This document shows positions 13,960-25,284 of a stretch of DNA of 64,000 nucleotides, in pieces. Positions within the stretch are counted from its first letter, which is position 1; each line of letters opens with the position of its first letter. Source of the stretch: Eledone cirrhosa (lineage: Eukaryota). The notes beneath the pieces are model-generated. The model did not search any database and had not been told where the DNA came from. It saw nothing but the letters and a program-made list of their open reading frames with translations. The position numbers and the translations under genes are program-made. The DNA lies in assembly GCA_964016885.1 (NCBI GenBank), contig OZ024746.1, positions 93,930,001-93,994,000 on the forward strand, written 5' to 3'.

Positions 13960-14526
13960 CGGAGTCGTTAGAACTTCGGTGTTCTGGTGGAGTAGTTAGG
14001 TCGTCGGTGTTCTGGCGGAGTCGTTAGGTCGTCGGTGTTCTGGTGGAGTCGTTAGGTCGTCGGTGTTCTGGTGGAGTCGTTAGGTCGTCGGTGTTCTGGC
14101 GGAGTCGTTAGGTCGTCGGTGTTCTGGTGGAGTCGTTAGGTCGTCGGTGTTCTGGCGGAGTCGTTAGGTCGTCGGTGTTCTGGTGGAGTCGTTAGGTCGT
14201 CGGTGTTCTGGTGGAGTCGTTAGGTCGTCGGTGTTCTGGTGGAGTAGTTAGGTCGTCGGTGTTCTGGCGGAGTCGTTAGGTCGTCGGTGTTCTGGTGGAG
14301 TCGTTAGGTCGTCGGTGTTCTGGTGGAGTAGTTAGGTCGTCGGTGTTCTGGCGGAGTCGTTAGGTCGTCGGTGTTCTGGCGGAGTCGTTAGGTCGTCGGT
14401 GTTCTGGCGGAGTCGTTAGGTCGTCGGTGTTCTGGTGGAGTCGTTAGGTCGTCGGTGTTCTGGTGGAGTCGTTAGGTCGTCGGTGTTCTGGCGGAGTCGT
14501 TAGGTCGTCGGTGTTCTGGCGGAGTC
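13960..14526 (+). repeat. 28-bp minisatellite (GGAGTCGTTAGGTCGTCGGTGTTCTGGY) x ~20
   Basis: Directly visible tandem array embedded in a SINE head. Confidence 0.95.
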
Positions 14527-14864
14527 TTAAAGTGTAAAACGAAAGGTTATAGAAGTATTTGTTCCGGCTATGCTCCCTCTGAGTTCAAAGCAACTGAAAT
14601 CACATTTGACGGTCAACCTTTCGAGGGCAATAAATGAAGTACCAGTCAAGGGTATGGGTTTAGCGGAATTGCTAGAGCAGTCATGGACAAACTGCAGCTC
14701 GTTTGGCTTTCTGAATGGCACGAATAATTTCAAAACCAAAAAGAGCTTGTGTGTTATTAGTCCAACATTCTAACCACTAGACGCACCTTCAAATCAAATA
14801 CTAACGGCTTGAAATGAGGTGAATATGTTGGACAATGTTCTCCGAAAGATGTAATACCCGTGTG

Positions 14865-15073
14865 CTTAAATATTATTATAATTAAATATACAAATAAAAG
14901 GCAGAGTTAATAACTCATATTGATTAACAAGCCTGTAATTAACAAGCTCAGAGTATAAATATATAATAATATAATGCTCAGTATTTATACTCTGAGCTTG
15001 TTAATTACAGGGTATCAATATGAGTTATTAACTCTGCCTTTTATTTGTATATTTAATTATAATAATATTTAAG
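14865..15073. repeat. Inverted repeat, ~95-bp arms, ~20-bp spacer
   Basis: cttaaatattattataattaaatatacaaataaaaggcagag... pairs with ...ctctgccttttatttgtatatttaattataataatatttaag. Confidence 0.9.
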
Positions 15074-15235
15074 GGCGGTGGATTGGCAGTATCGGTAGAG
15101 GGTCGGACGCCATGCTTTCAAGCATAGTTACGTCCCTTTACAATCTGAGTTCAAATCCCGCCGAGGTTGACTTTGCCTTTCATCCTTACGGGGTCGATAA
15201 AATAAAGTACCTTGTGTCTAAAGTAGAAACAATTA
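15073..15235 (+). mobile_element. SINE family A
   Basis: ggcggtggattggcagtatcggtagag head, B box and central domain. Confidence 0.85.
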
Positions 15236-15618
15236 TATAATAATATATGTAGTAATAAACACAGTAAATCGTGTCTAAAATTGCGAGGGTTGAAATACCA
15301 TGTTGGTTTGAGAAATTTAACCAGAAACAAACGGAAAATACAGAAAATATACTTTCTGTCTCAATAACTATTACATCTCCCGGACAGATTAGAGATTTAA
15401 TCTGTTTCGCCCTGAGAATTGTGTTTGTAACAGATAATCCGTAGGCACCATCAGCAAGAGAATTAGTCTGTCCGGGAGATGTAATAGTTATTGAGACAGT
15501 CGGTATATTTTCTGTAATTTCCGTTTGTTTCTGGTTAAATTTCTCAAACCAACATGGTATTTCAACCCTCGCAATTTTAGACACGATTTACTGTGTTTAT
15601 TACTACATATATTATTAT
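15236..15618 (-). mobile_element. Fold-back element (~155-bp arms) containing a hammerhead motif, probably a PLE pseudo-LTR; duplicate at ~20020-20402
   Basis: Near-perfect long inverted arms flanked by TA-rich sequence; the spacer holds the HHR core. Confidence 0.7.
15376..15461 (-). ncRNA. Type I hammerhead ribozyme motif (CUGAUGG variant); duplicate at 20160-20245
   Basis: ucucuug-CUGAUGG-U-GCC...GGC-GAAA-CAGAUUA-aaucuc-UAAUCUG-UC-cgggaga. 7-bp stem I with two GU pairs, 8-bp stem III, GUC triplet. Confidence 0.7.
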
Positions 15619-16316
15619 AATTAAATATAAGAAGCGATGGTCAGAGTTGGAATACCTTTGATCAATATGTATATAGTCCTTGATCGATTAAGACCTTGGC
15701 CCACATCTGCCGTCACTCATAATGTTTCGTTATCGCTTGTGTCTCGCTTAATAACGACTAAATGAAACAAAAAATCAATGTTGAATCATAATTTTAATTC
15801 AAATAATAATTAAACACCTGTCGGAGAGCGATTGATATTTGGAGAGTTCACCCTCCTCAGGCCGAAGTGCAGCTGAGCCTGGGTTAGTCACAGACTCCAC
15901 TAGGTTACCGCTGGAGAATGTGTTGTTGTATGTGGCATCCTAGACGAGGGGTTTTCCACCGCAGAACGGGAAGATGGTCATGCCACCTTGCCTTAAGTTC
16001 TACATATTGGGAGACTAACCTATTGACAGGCTTTTTACTCGGTAGCTCAGTTTGGTTCCTTGACTCGTCTTCAATTTTAGACATGAAACATACAGTTCCA
16101 TATGATGTGTGCCCCATGACAGAGACTACCCCCCCCCCCCACGTACTGACCAAGGCTACATCCAACTGTGTTTCTTTCAAAGACAGAAAGCAAGTCGTTG
16201 TGTCTTTGAAAATGCACAATTAAAACACTTCCCCCTTCTTGTGCTTTTGTATGACTTCAGACAAAAACGTACTTGTTCAAGTTACATAGTGCTGACAAAC
16301 AGTTGTTCTTTTAAAT

Positions 16317-17065
16317 CAGAGGTTCTCAAAGTGGGCGTACCACCCCCAGGGGTAGTTGAGAAGGTCCAGGGGGCGCTGGGGCTTATGGGGTGGGGAGGGG
16401 AGGGGTGGGGGTAAAGTTGACATAATAGTATATTAAATATTAAATGATACATATATATAAGTATAGTAAAATAAAAAATATATAACATTTATTTATACAT
16501 AGAATATATGTATTATTTATTATAAAGAAAGTGTGGTAAGAAACCAGGTGGACCATAACGCACCAGAGTACTCGATACTTTGGGTAGTAGAGTGGATAAT
16601 AGGAAAAGAGTCAGGACCCCGACGGCTCAGCTCCGGCCGTTTCGACAGTTAGATCCGAACTCCAGTTTCGACAGCTAGATCCGAACTCCAGTTAGGATCT
16701 AGCTGTCGAAACAGCCGGAGCTCAGCCGTCGGGGTCCTGACACTTTTCCTATAATTTATTATATATAAATTAACGATTTTATTTATTATATATTATTTAC
16801 AATTTACGTGTAGGCAGGTCTCTCTGGAAATAGGGTTGCGGTGTTGAGGGCCATGAGGGCTGAGGACAAAAAGTTTGAGAACCTCTGTGTTACAGGATAT
16901 TAGGAGTTAACGTGAAATTCCCTAAGACAGTCATATGTGTAGAACGGAAGATTTGAACTTTATGGTCTTTTAAATGGTCTCTCTGGAAATAGGTTTGGGG
17001 GTGGGTGCTGAGGGTATTTCGTGGCCATGAGGAGGGCGGTGGGCCCAAAAGTTTGAGATCCGCTG
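16317..17065 (+). mobile_element. Charlie-like hAT MITE with 8-bp TSD TTTTAAAT
   Basis: TIRs CAGAGGTTCTCAAA...TTTGAGATCCGCTG; TTTTAAAT at 16309-16316 and 17066-17073. Confidence 0.8.
16522..16752 (-). mobile_element. PLE-like pseudo-LTR fragment with half-hammerhead and fold-back 5' end (family H2)
   Basis: On the minus strand GAAA-CGGC-loop-GCCG-UC-GGGG. Homologous to 38418-38622, 39713-39893 and 58731-58886. Confidence 0.65.
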
Positions 17066-17199
17066 TTTTAAATAGATGCCACATATCTAGCGTGCATCTG
17101 TTGTCGGTAAAGTTAACCACGAACCTGGTTATATTTCTAAATTGATATATTGGTTTCGCTGACATTTAAATTTCAAAATAAATTTCATTTTGCAAAATG

Positions 17200-18385
17200 T
17201 GTAAGTGTGTGTGTGTAGTGTGTGTATGTAGTGTGTGTGTGTAGTGTGTAGTGTGTGTGTGTCTGTAGTGTGTGTGTGTAGTGTGTAGAGTGTAGTGTGT
17301 GTGTGTGTGTGTGTAGTGTGTGTTGTGTGTGTAGTGTGTAGTGTGTGTGTGTCTGTAGTGTGTGTGTGTAGTGTGTAGTGTGTAGTGTGTGTGTGTGTAG
17401 TGTGTGTAGTGTGTGTGTAGTATGAATGTGTAGTGTGTGTGTGTGTGTAGTGTGTGTAGTGTGAATGTGTAGTGTGTAGTGTGTGTAGTGTGTATAGTGT
17501 GTAGTGTGTGTAGTGTGTAGTGCCCGTAGTGTGAGTGTGTAATGTGTGTGTAGTGTGTAGTGTGTAGTGTGTGTGTGTAGTGTGTAGTGTTTAGTGTGTG
17601 TAGTGTGTGTGGTGTGTAGGGTGTAGGGTGTGTAGTGTGAGTGTGTAGTGTGTGTGTAGTGTGTGTAGTGTGTGTATGTAGTGTGTGTGTGTAGTGTGTA
17701 GTGTGTGTGTATGTAGTGTGTGTGTGTAGTGTGTAGTGTGTGTGTAGTGTGTGTAGTGTGTAGTGTGTGTGTAGTGTGTGTGTAGTATGAATGTGTAGTG
17801 TGTGTGTGTGTAGTGTGTGTAGTGTGAATGTGTAGTGTGTAGTGTGTGTAGTGTTTAGTGTGTGTAGTGTGTATAGTGTGTAGTGTGTGTAGTGTGTAGT
17901 GCCTGTAGTGGGAGTGTGTAATGTGTGTGTAGTGTGTAGTGTGTAGTGTTTAGTGTGTGTAGTGTGTGTGGTGTGTAGGGTGTAGGGTGTGTAGTGTGAG
18001 TGTGTAGTGTGTAGTCTGTGTGTGTAATGTGTGTGTGTAGTGTATGTAGTGTGTAGTGTGTGTGTGTAGTGTGTGTGTAGTGTGTGTAGTGTGTAGTGTG
18101 TGTAGTGTGTGTGTGTGTAGTGTGAGTGTTTTTAGTGTGTAGTGTGTGTGTAGTGTGTAGTGTGTGTATTGTGTGTGTAGTGTGTGTAGTGTGTGTATGT
18201 AGTTTGAATGTGTAGTGTGTAGTGTGTGTAGTGTGTATAGTGTGTATAGTGTGTAGTGTGTGTAGTGTGTGTGTGTAGTGTGTGTGTGTAGTTTGAATGT
18301 GTAGTGTGTAGTGTGTGTAGTGTGTAGTGTGTATAGTGTGTAGTGTGTGTAGTGTGTGTGTGTAGTGTGTAGTGTGTGTGTGTAG
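17200..18385. repeat. (TG)n/(TGTAG)n compound microsatellite
   Basis: Directly visible. Confidence 0.95.
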
Positions 18386-18989
18386 TAAACAGATATGTAC
18401 ATAATGTTAAATGAAACTGGAAGGGCCATATATATATGTACGTGTGTGTATGTATATATATAAATGTGTGTTAGTGTATATACATATATGTATGTGTGTG
18501 TGTATATATATATGTGAGTGTCTGTGATCTATATAAATTGGTCATAGACACGCACACACTTATACACAAACACACGCACACACACATATATATACACAAC
18601 GACACCACCAGCTCTCTCCCTCTCTCTTCCATTCTCCTTCTCTGTCTCCTCTTCCTCTCTCTATGTCTCTCTCTCATTCTACTCTGTCACAATCACTATC
18701 TCCTTCTCTCTATCTTTCTCTCTCTTTGTTTATGAAAGTACCCGGAAAAACCCCATATCTCGGGATCCCGTGCTTCGATTTACGCGAAACTTGTTTTATT
18801 CCATTTGTATCCCATTTCTGGGGCACCTTCCTTTCAAAGTATCTTCCAATTATGCGCCATTTTGACTGCATTACATTACAAACAAGCAAGCAAGCAATCA
18901 CAGACTTTTAGTAATATGTAGATAAATAAATAATATAATATATACTATGAATAAATAAATATATATTATTTATTTCACTATATTTATAT

Positions 18990-19172
18990 ATAATTGTTTC
19001 TACTTTAGGCACATGGCCAGCAATTACTCAGTGCATTACTGGTACTTTATTTTATCGACCCCGTAGGATGAAAGGCAAAGTCAACCTCGGCGGTATTTGA
19101 ACTCAGATTGTAAAGGGACGTAACTATGCTCGAAAGCATGGCGTCCGACCCTCTACCGATACTGCCAATCCA
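18990..19172 (-). mobile_element. SINE family A (present in duplication copy 1, absent from copy 2)
   Basis: Family A sequence; the matching site at ~22335 is empty. Confidence 0.85.
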
Positions 19173-19332
19173 CAATATGTATCAATTGGTATTTGATATA
19201 CTATTATATCGTCTGTAGCGCTCCCTTAGGCTCCAGCTCCCCTCTGGACCTTCTCAACACCCCTCCCCCGGCAGCGCCCACTTTAAGAACCTCTGTGATA
19301 GAGGATCAATGGATCAAAGCAAGCAATGGCAG

Positions 19333-19476
19333 AGTTTTAGTATTAGTTTTAGTATTAGTTTTAGTATTAGTTTTAGTATTAGTTTTAGTATTAGTTTTAG
19401 TATTAGTTTTAGTATTAGTTTTAGTATTAGTTTTAGTATTAGTTTTAGTATTAGTTTTAGTATTAGTTTTAGTATT
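19333..19476 (+). repeat. 12-bp tandem repeat (GTTTTAGTATTA) x ~12; only ~3 units in the duplicate at ~22503
   Basis: Directly visible. Confidence 0.95.
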
Positions 19477-21454
19477 GGTGCCATTACCTATTCTTTTAAA
19501 ATGTGAGAGTTTTCATTGTTAGTTTTTTTTTATCTTTTAAAAATCTTTTCTATGTGAAATCTCTGTGGATCTATGTGAAGATATCTTTTGACGTTCAACC
19601 TTTCGAGGGCAATAAATGAAGTACCAGTCAAGGGTATGGGTTTAGCGGAATTGCTAGAGCAGTCATGGACAAACTGCAGCTCGTTTGGCTTTCTGAATGG
19701 CACGAATAATTTCAAAACCAAAAAGAACTTGTGTGTTATTAGTCCAACATTCTAACCACTAGACGAACCTTCAAATCAAATACTAACGGCTTGAAATGAG
19801 GTGAATACGTTGGACAATGTTCTCCGAAAGATGTAATACCCGTGTGCTTAAATATTATTATAATGAAATATACAAATAAAAGGCAGAGTTAATAACTCAT
19901 ATTGATACCCTGTAATTAACAAGCTCAGAGTATAAATACTGAGCATTATATAATAATATATAAAGTACCAGTAATACACTGGAAAATTGCTGGCCTTGTG
20001 CCTAACGTAGAAACAATTATATAATAATATATGTAGTAATAAACACAGTAAATCGTGTCTAAAATTGCGAGGGTTGAAATACCATGTTGGTTTGAGAAAT
20101 TTAACCAGAAACAAACGGAAAATACAGAAAATATACTTTCTGTCTCAATAACTATTACATCTCCCGGACAGATTAGAGATTTAATCTGTTTCGCCCTGAG
20201 AATTGTGTTTGTAACAGATAATTCGTAGGCACCATCAGCAAGAGAATTAGTCTGTCCGGGAGATGTAATAGTTATTGAGACAGTCGGTATATTTTCTGTA
20301 TTTTCCGTTTGTTTCTGGTTAAATTTCTCAAACCAACATGGTATTTCAACCCTCGCAATTTTAGACACGATTTACTGTGTTTATTACTACATATATTATT
20401 ATAATTAAATATAAGAAGCGATGGTCAGAGTTGGAATACCTTTGATCAATATGTATATAGTCCTTGATCGATTAAGACCTTGGCCCACATCTGCCGTCAC
20501 TCATAATGTTTCGTTATCGCTTGTGTCTCGCTTAATAACGACTAAATGAAACAAAAAATCAATGTTGAATCATAATTTTAATTCAAATAATAATTAAACA
20601 CCTGTCGGAGAGCGATTGATATTTGGAGAGTTCACCCTCCTCAGGCCGAAGTGCAGCTGAGCCTGGGTTAGTCACAGACTCCACTAGGTTACCGCTGGAG
20701 AATGTGTTGTTGTATGTGGCATCCTAGACGAGGGGTTTTCCACCGCAGAACGGGAAGATGGTCATGCCACCTTGCCTTAAGTTCTACATATTGGGAGACT
20801 AACCCATTGACAGGCTTTTTACTCGGTAGCTCAGTTTGGTTCCTTGACTCGTCTTCAATTTTAGACATGAAACATACAGTTCCATATGATGTGTGCCCCA
20901 TGACAGAGACTACCTCCCCCCCCCACGTACTGACCAAGGCTACATCCAACTGTGTTTCTTTCAAAGACAGAAAGCAAGTCGTGTCTTTGAAAATGCACAA
21001 TTAAAACACTTCCCCCTTCTTGTGCTTTTGTATGACTTCAGACAAAAACGTACTTGTTCAAGTTACATAGTGCTGACAAACAGTTGTTCTTTTAAATCAG
21101 AGGTTCTCAAAGTGGGCGTACCACCCCCAGGGGTAGTTGAGAAGGTCCAGGGGGCGCTGGGGCTTATGGGGTGAGGAGGGGAGGGGTGGGGGTAAAGTTG
21201 ACATAATAGTATATTAAATATTAAATGATACATATATAAGTATAGTAAAATAAAAAATATATAACATTTATTTATACATAGAATATATGTATTATTTATT
21301 ATAAAGAAAGTGTGGTAAGAAACCAGGTGGACCATAACGCACCAGAGTACTGTGTAGTGTGTAGTGTGTAGTGTGTGTAGTGTGTGTGTGTAGTGTGTGT
21401 TATAGCTATTGTCGTTGTTGCTAAACTCATTGTTAGAACTGCTCACACTCGTGA

Positions 21455-21675
21455 ATGCACTCTGGGTAATTGCTGGCCTTGTGCCTAAAGTAGAAACAAT
21501 TATATACTAGGGTCGGACGCCATGCTTTGAAGCATAGAGTTACGTCCCTTTATGATCTGAGTTCAAATCCCGCCGCGGTTAACTTTGCTTTTCATCCTTA
21601 CGGGGTCGATAAAATAAGGTACCAGTAATGCACTGGGTAATTGCTGGCCTTGTGCCAAAAGTAGAAACAATTATA
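21455..21675 (+). mobile_element. SINE family A (3' fragment plus near full copy), specific to duplication copy 2
   Basis: Family A B box, central domain and tail. Confidence 0.8.
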
Positions 21676-22769
21676 TACTAGACCACCCGTCACCCGTTCG
21701 GTCATGTTCACTTAGAAATAATTTTTAAATAATTAAAATATACACATGTACATAATGTTAAATGAAACTGGAAGGGCCATATATATATATATACGTGTGT
21801 GTATGTATACATATAAATGTGTGTGTATGTATACATATATGTATGTGTGTGTGTATATATATATGTGTGAGTGTCTGTGATCTATATGCACTGGTCATAG
21901 ACACGCACACACTTATAGACAAACATATATATATATATATAGACAACAACACCACCAGCTCTCTCCCTCTCTCTTCCATTCTCCTTCTCTGTCTCCTCTT
22001 CCTCTCTCTATGTCTCTCTCTCATTCTACTCTGTCACAATCACTATCTCCTTCTCTCTATCTTTCTCTCTCTTTGTTTATGAAAGTACCCGGAAAAACCC
22101 CATATCTCGGGATCCCGTGCTTCGATTTACGCGAAACTTGTTTTATTCCATTTGTATCCCATTTCTGGGGCACCTTCCTTTCAAAGTATCTTCCAATTAT
22201 GCGCCCTTTTGACTGCATTACATTACAAACAAGCAAGCAATCACAGGCTTTTAGTAATATATGGATAAATAAATAATATAATATATACTATGAATAAATA
22301 AATATATATATATTATTTATTTCACTATATTTATATATATGTATCAATTGGTATTTGATATACTATTATATCATCTCTAGCGCTCCCTTAGGCTCCAGCT
22401 CCTCTCTGGACCTTCTCAACACCCCCCCCCCCTCCCCCGACAGCGCCCACTTTAAGAACCTCTGTGATAGAGGCTCATTGTATCAAAGCAAGCAATGGCA
22501 GAGTTTTAGTATTAGTTTTAGTATTAGTTTTAGTATTAGTGTCATTACCTATTCTTTTAAAATGTGAGAGTTTTCATTGTTAGTTTTTGTTTTATCTTTT
22601 AAATATCTTTTCTATGTGAAAACTCCGTGGATCTATGTGAAGATATCTTTTCAAGACATACTTTTTTGAAAATAGATTAAAAATCTATTCTTCCATGCTG
22701 TTTCTCCTGTTAAAATCTAGAACCTTGAACGGCGACAGGAAAACATATCTAGACAAGCTAGCAATCAAT

Positions 22770-23226
22770 AATGATTTCTAGTATAGGTACAAGGCCAGTA
22801 ATTTGGAAGAGGGGAAAGTCGATTAGATCGGCCCCAGTGCATTACTGGTACTTTATTTCGTCGACCCCGTAAGGATGAAAGGCAAAGCTAACTTCGGCGG
22901 GACTTGAACTCAGAACGTAAAGGGCCGTAACTCTATGCGGCGAAGCAAGGTGTCCGACCTTCTACCGAGTCTGCCAATCCACTGCCCTTAAGCTAGCAAT
23001 CAATAATGATAATAATTGTTGCTACTTAAGCACAAGGCCAGCAATATGAAGGGGAGGGGGAAAATCGATCAAATTGACCCCAGTGCATTACTGGTACTTT
23101 ATTTTATCAACCCCGCAAGGATGTAAGACAAAGCTAATCTCGACGGGATTTGGACTTAGACCATAAAGGGCCATAACTCTATGCTGCAAAGCATGCTGTC
23201 TGACGCTCTACCGATACTGCCAATCC
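22770..23226 (-). mobile_element. Two tandem SINE family A copies; the first has a ~21-bp TSD
   Basis: AAGCTAGCAATCAATAATGAT at 22755-22775 and 22990-23010. Confidence 0.85.
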
Positions 23227-23899
23227 ATGACGACGATGATGATGATGATGACCTACACGACAAAAACCAAATACCAATTTACAGCTGTTTTTTTTCTTCT
23301 TCTTTTGTCTTCAAAATAATTGACAATAAACAAAACCTGTCGCGCAGACTTCATTAGAATAAGTTTAAACATTATGTTACAATAAGATGATTAACATCTT
23401 TCATTCACCCTGTCTTTGTCTTCAAAACACATGTGGACACTTGTTAGCTAGACCCTGTCAAGTTTCTGTCATTAAAAACGTACTTGTTGGGTCTCCAAAA
23501 CCCTTCCCTGTTTAGAGCTGTTCTTGTAGAGAACAGGTCGTAGGTTAGTTGCGATATAAGCGGGCTCCTGCCAAACAAAGAAGCAGCTCCGAACCAACAG
23601 GGGTAAACTAATATGGGAGATGATGCAATGGGGGATACTGTTAGCTCGCGAGAAAACTCAGTGATGTAGTTACGACGAGGCGAGTAAAGACCGCCTCTAA
23701 AAAAAGCCTAGTATTCACGGGTCTGTGAAAAGTACCAAATTGGTGATTGGCGTGAAAGAAACCACGAAAACACTGCAATATGGTTGAAAACAGTAAAGAC
23801 ATCGAAACCACATCGTCCTTCATGCGGATACATTCAGATCTTATATTGTAGTCCCCACACAACGCTACAAAAACTGACGAAGAGCCGCTTGCAACTTGT

Positions 23900-24812
23900 C
23901 CTGGTAGACCTGGGATGGAAGAACAAAGGCTACGTATCCCGGGACCCCAAATAGGGACCGGTAGAGAGCAAACCATGGCAATTAGTAACTGGAACATTAC
24001 AACTCTTACAGTTAAGGAGCAGGAATTAGTGGAGGTGGCCAGATGCTACCGGCTAGGTATAGACAGGATTTCCCCACCAAAGTTCCGTTACTCTGGTACT
24101 GTAGATTTGGATGGAGAATGGAAACTCAACAATTGAGGTGTGGCGCCAGAGATGATTGCACTGGCGGGAATGGGAATGCTCACAAGCCCCAGGCTGTCAA
24201 AATGTGTTATGGACTGGATCCCACTAGCTTTAGCTAAAAGAAATATCACTGTGAGTCGTACAAGTTTATGCGCTAAACAAGGAGTCTGGATGCAGGTTCT
24301 TCCCTGAGGAAGTCACTGCAGCATTAAATGTTATGACTGAGTCATATATCTTAATTGTTTCTACTTTTGGCACAAGGCCAGCAATTATCTCAGTGTATTA
24401 CTGGTACTTTATTTTATCGACCTCGTAAGAATGAAAGGCAAAGTTAACCTTGGCGGGATTTGAACTCGGACCATAAAGGGTCGTAACTCTTTGCTGCAAA
24501 GCACGGCGTCCGACCCTCTACTCTACTGATGGTAGACTTCAATGCACATGTTGGCACTGACCACCTGACATGAAAGGAGTGATTGGAAGGAACGGCGATC
24601 CTGATCTAAATACAAATGGACGGGCCTTATTAGACTTCTGTTCTTGTAATGGGTTATGAACACCTTCTTCCAGCATAGAGACATCCATAAATATACATGG
24701 TATAAAGGGAATCGAGGACAGAGATCAAAATTGATTTTGTTTTCTCTGATCTCATTGATTCTGTGCTGGATGTTCATGTTGAGACAGGGGCTGAGCTGTC
24801 AACTGACCACCA
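23900..24812 (+). mobile_element. RTE-like LINE 5' part (APE endonuclease remnant) interrupted by a minus-strand SINE at ~24352-24521
   Basis: NWNITTL..KEQELVE, VQVYA, DFNAHVG, MNTFFQH, YTWY, SKIDF and STDH motifs across frameshifts. Confidence 0.8.
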
Positions 24813-24896
24813 CCAAAATTTTCTTTTCTGTTTGAATTTGGCAAAGCCGGCCATTTATCGCTCGTATACAGGAAACCGACTGGCCAGTCTGCTGAT

Positions 24897-24970
24897 ATGC
24901 AAATCTGGCTGATCAGTGGATCTGCTAATATGCAGATCTGACTGATCAGCCAGTCTGCTAATATGCAAAT
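24897..24970 (+). promoter_or_regulatory. Three octamer motifs (ATGCAAAT, ATGCAGAT, ATGCAAAT) at exact 33-bp spacing
   Basis: Positions 24897, 24930 and 24963; conserved in the copy at ~61660-61740. Function is inferred. Confidence 0.5.
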
Positions 24971-25038
24971 CAGGCCGATCAGACACTGTGCACTTTTGAA
25001 AATAGCATATATTTTCTCTAGCTCTGACAGTTTGGCAG

Positions 25039-25104
25039 GTGAACAGTGAGCTGTACTGATGAAGGGTGATACCCAGAAACATTAGTGACTGCAGTTCTGT
25101 TCAC
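25039..25104 (+). ncRNA. Type I hammerhead ribozyme (retrozyme copy A; cleavage triplet mutated to GAC)
   Basis: GUGAACAG-u-GAGCUGUA-CUGAUGA-A-GGGU-gau-ACCC-A-GAAA-CAU-ua-GUG-AC-UGCAGUU-CUGUUCAC. Bulged stem I of ~15 bp. Confidence 0.8.
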
Positions 25105-25284
25105 AGGTCAATACAAGAGCAAGAATGAAGTGTTCATTCTACTGACATGGCTATAAAATTGAGGGTTGTTTGCAAACTTGCAAACGAATCGAATGTTATT
25201 ATTAATATTCGAAAAACTCAGATTACATTTATTGTATTCACCCATGTAGAGCGAAATTTTCTTTTATATATATATATATATATA

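Larger units (their letters stand above)
14605..22651 (+). repeat. Tandem segmental duplication: copy 1 14605-19589, copy 2 19587-22651
   Basis: Near-identical colinear blocks (paired ORFs 15186/19946, 15905/20689, 18663/22010, 19193/22355). The junction lies in a short T run. Confidence 0.92.
24816..25265 (+). mobile_element. Candidate non-LTR retrozyme, 438-nt monomer, copy A
   Basis: Terminal redundancy AAATTTTCTTTT at 24816 and 25254 (438 apart). Contains an HHR and three octamer repeats. A permuted copy lies at 61401-61901. Confidence 0.75.

Noticed and set aside
13960-14526. CRISPR-like appearance of the 28-, 42- and 99-bp arrays
   Set aside because: Head-to-tail repeats with no unique spacers, no cas genes, and eukaryotic context.
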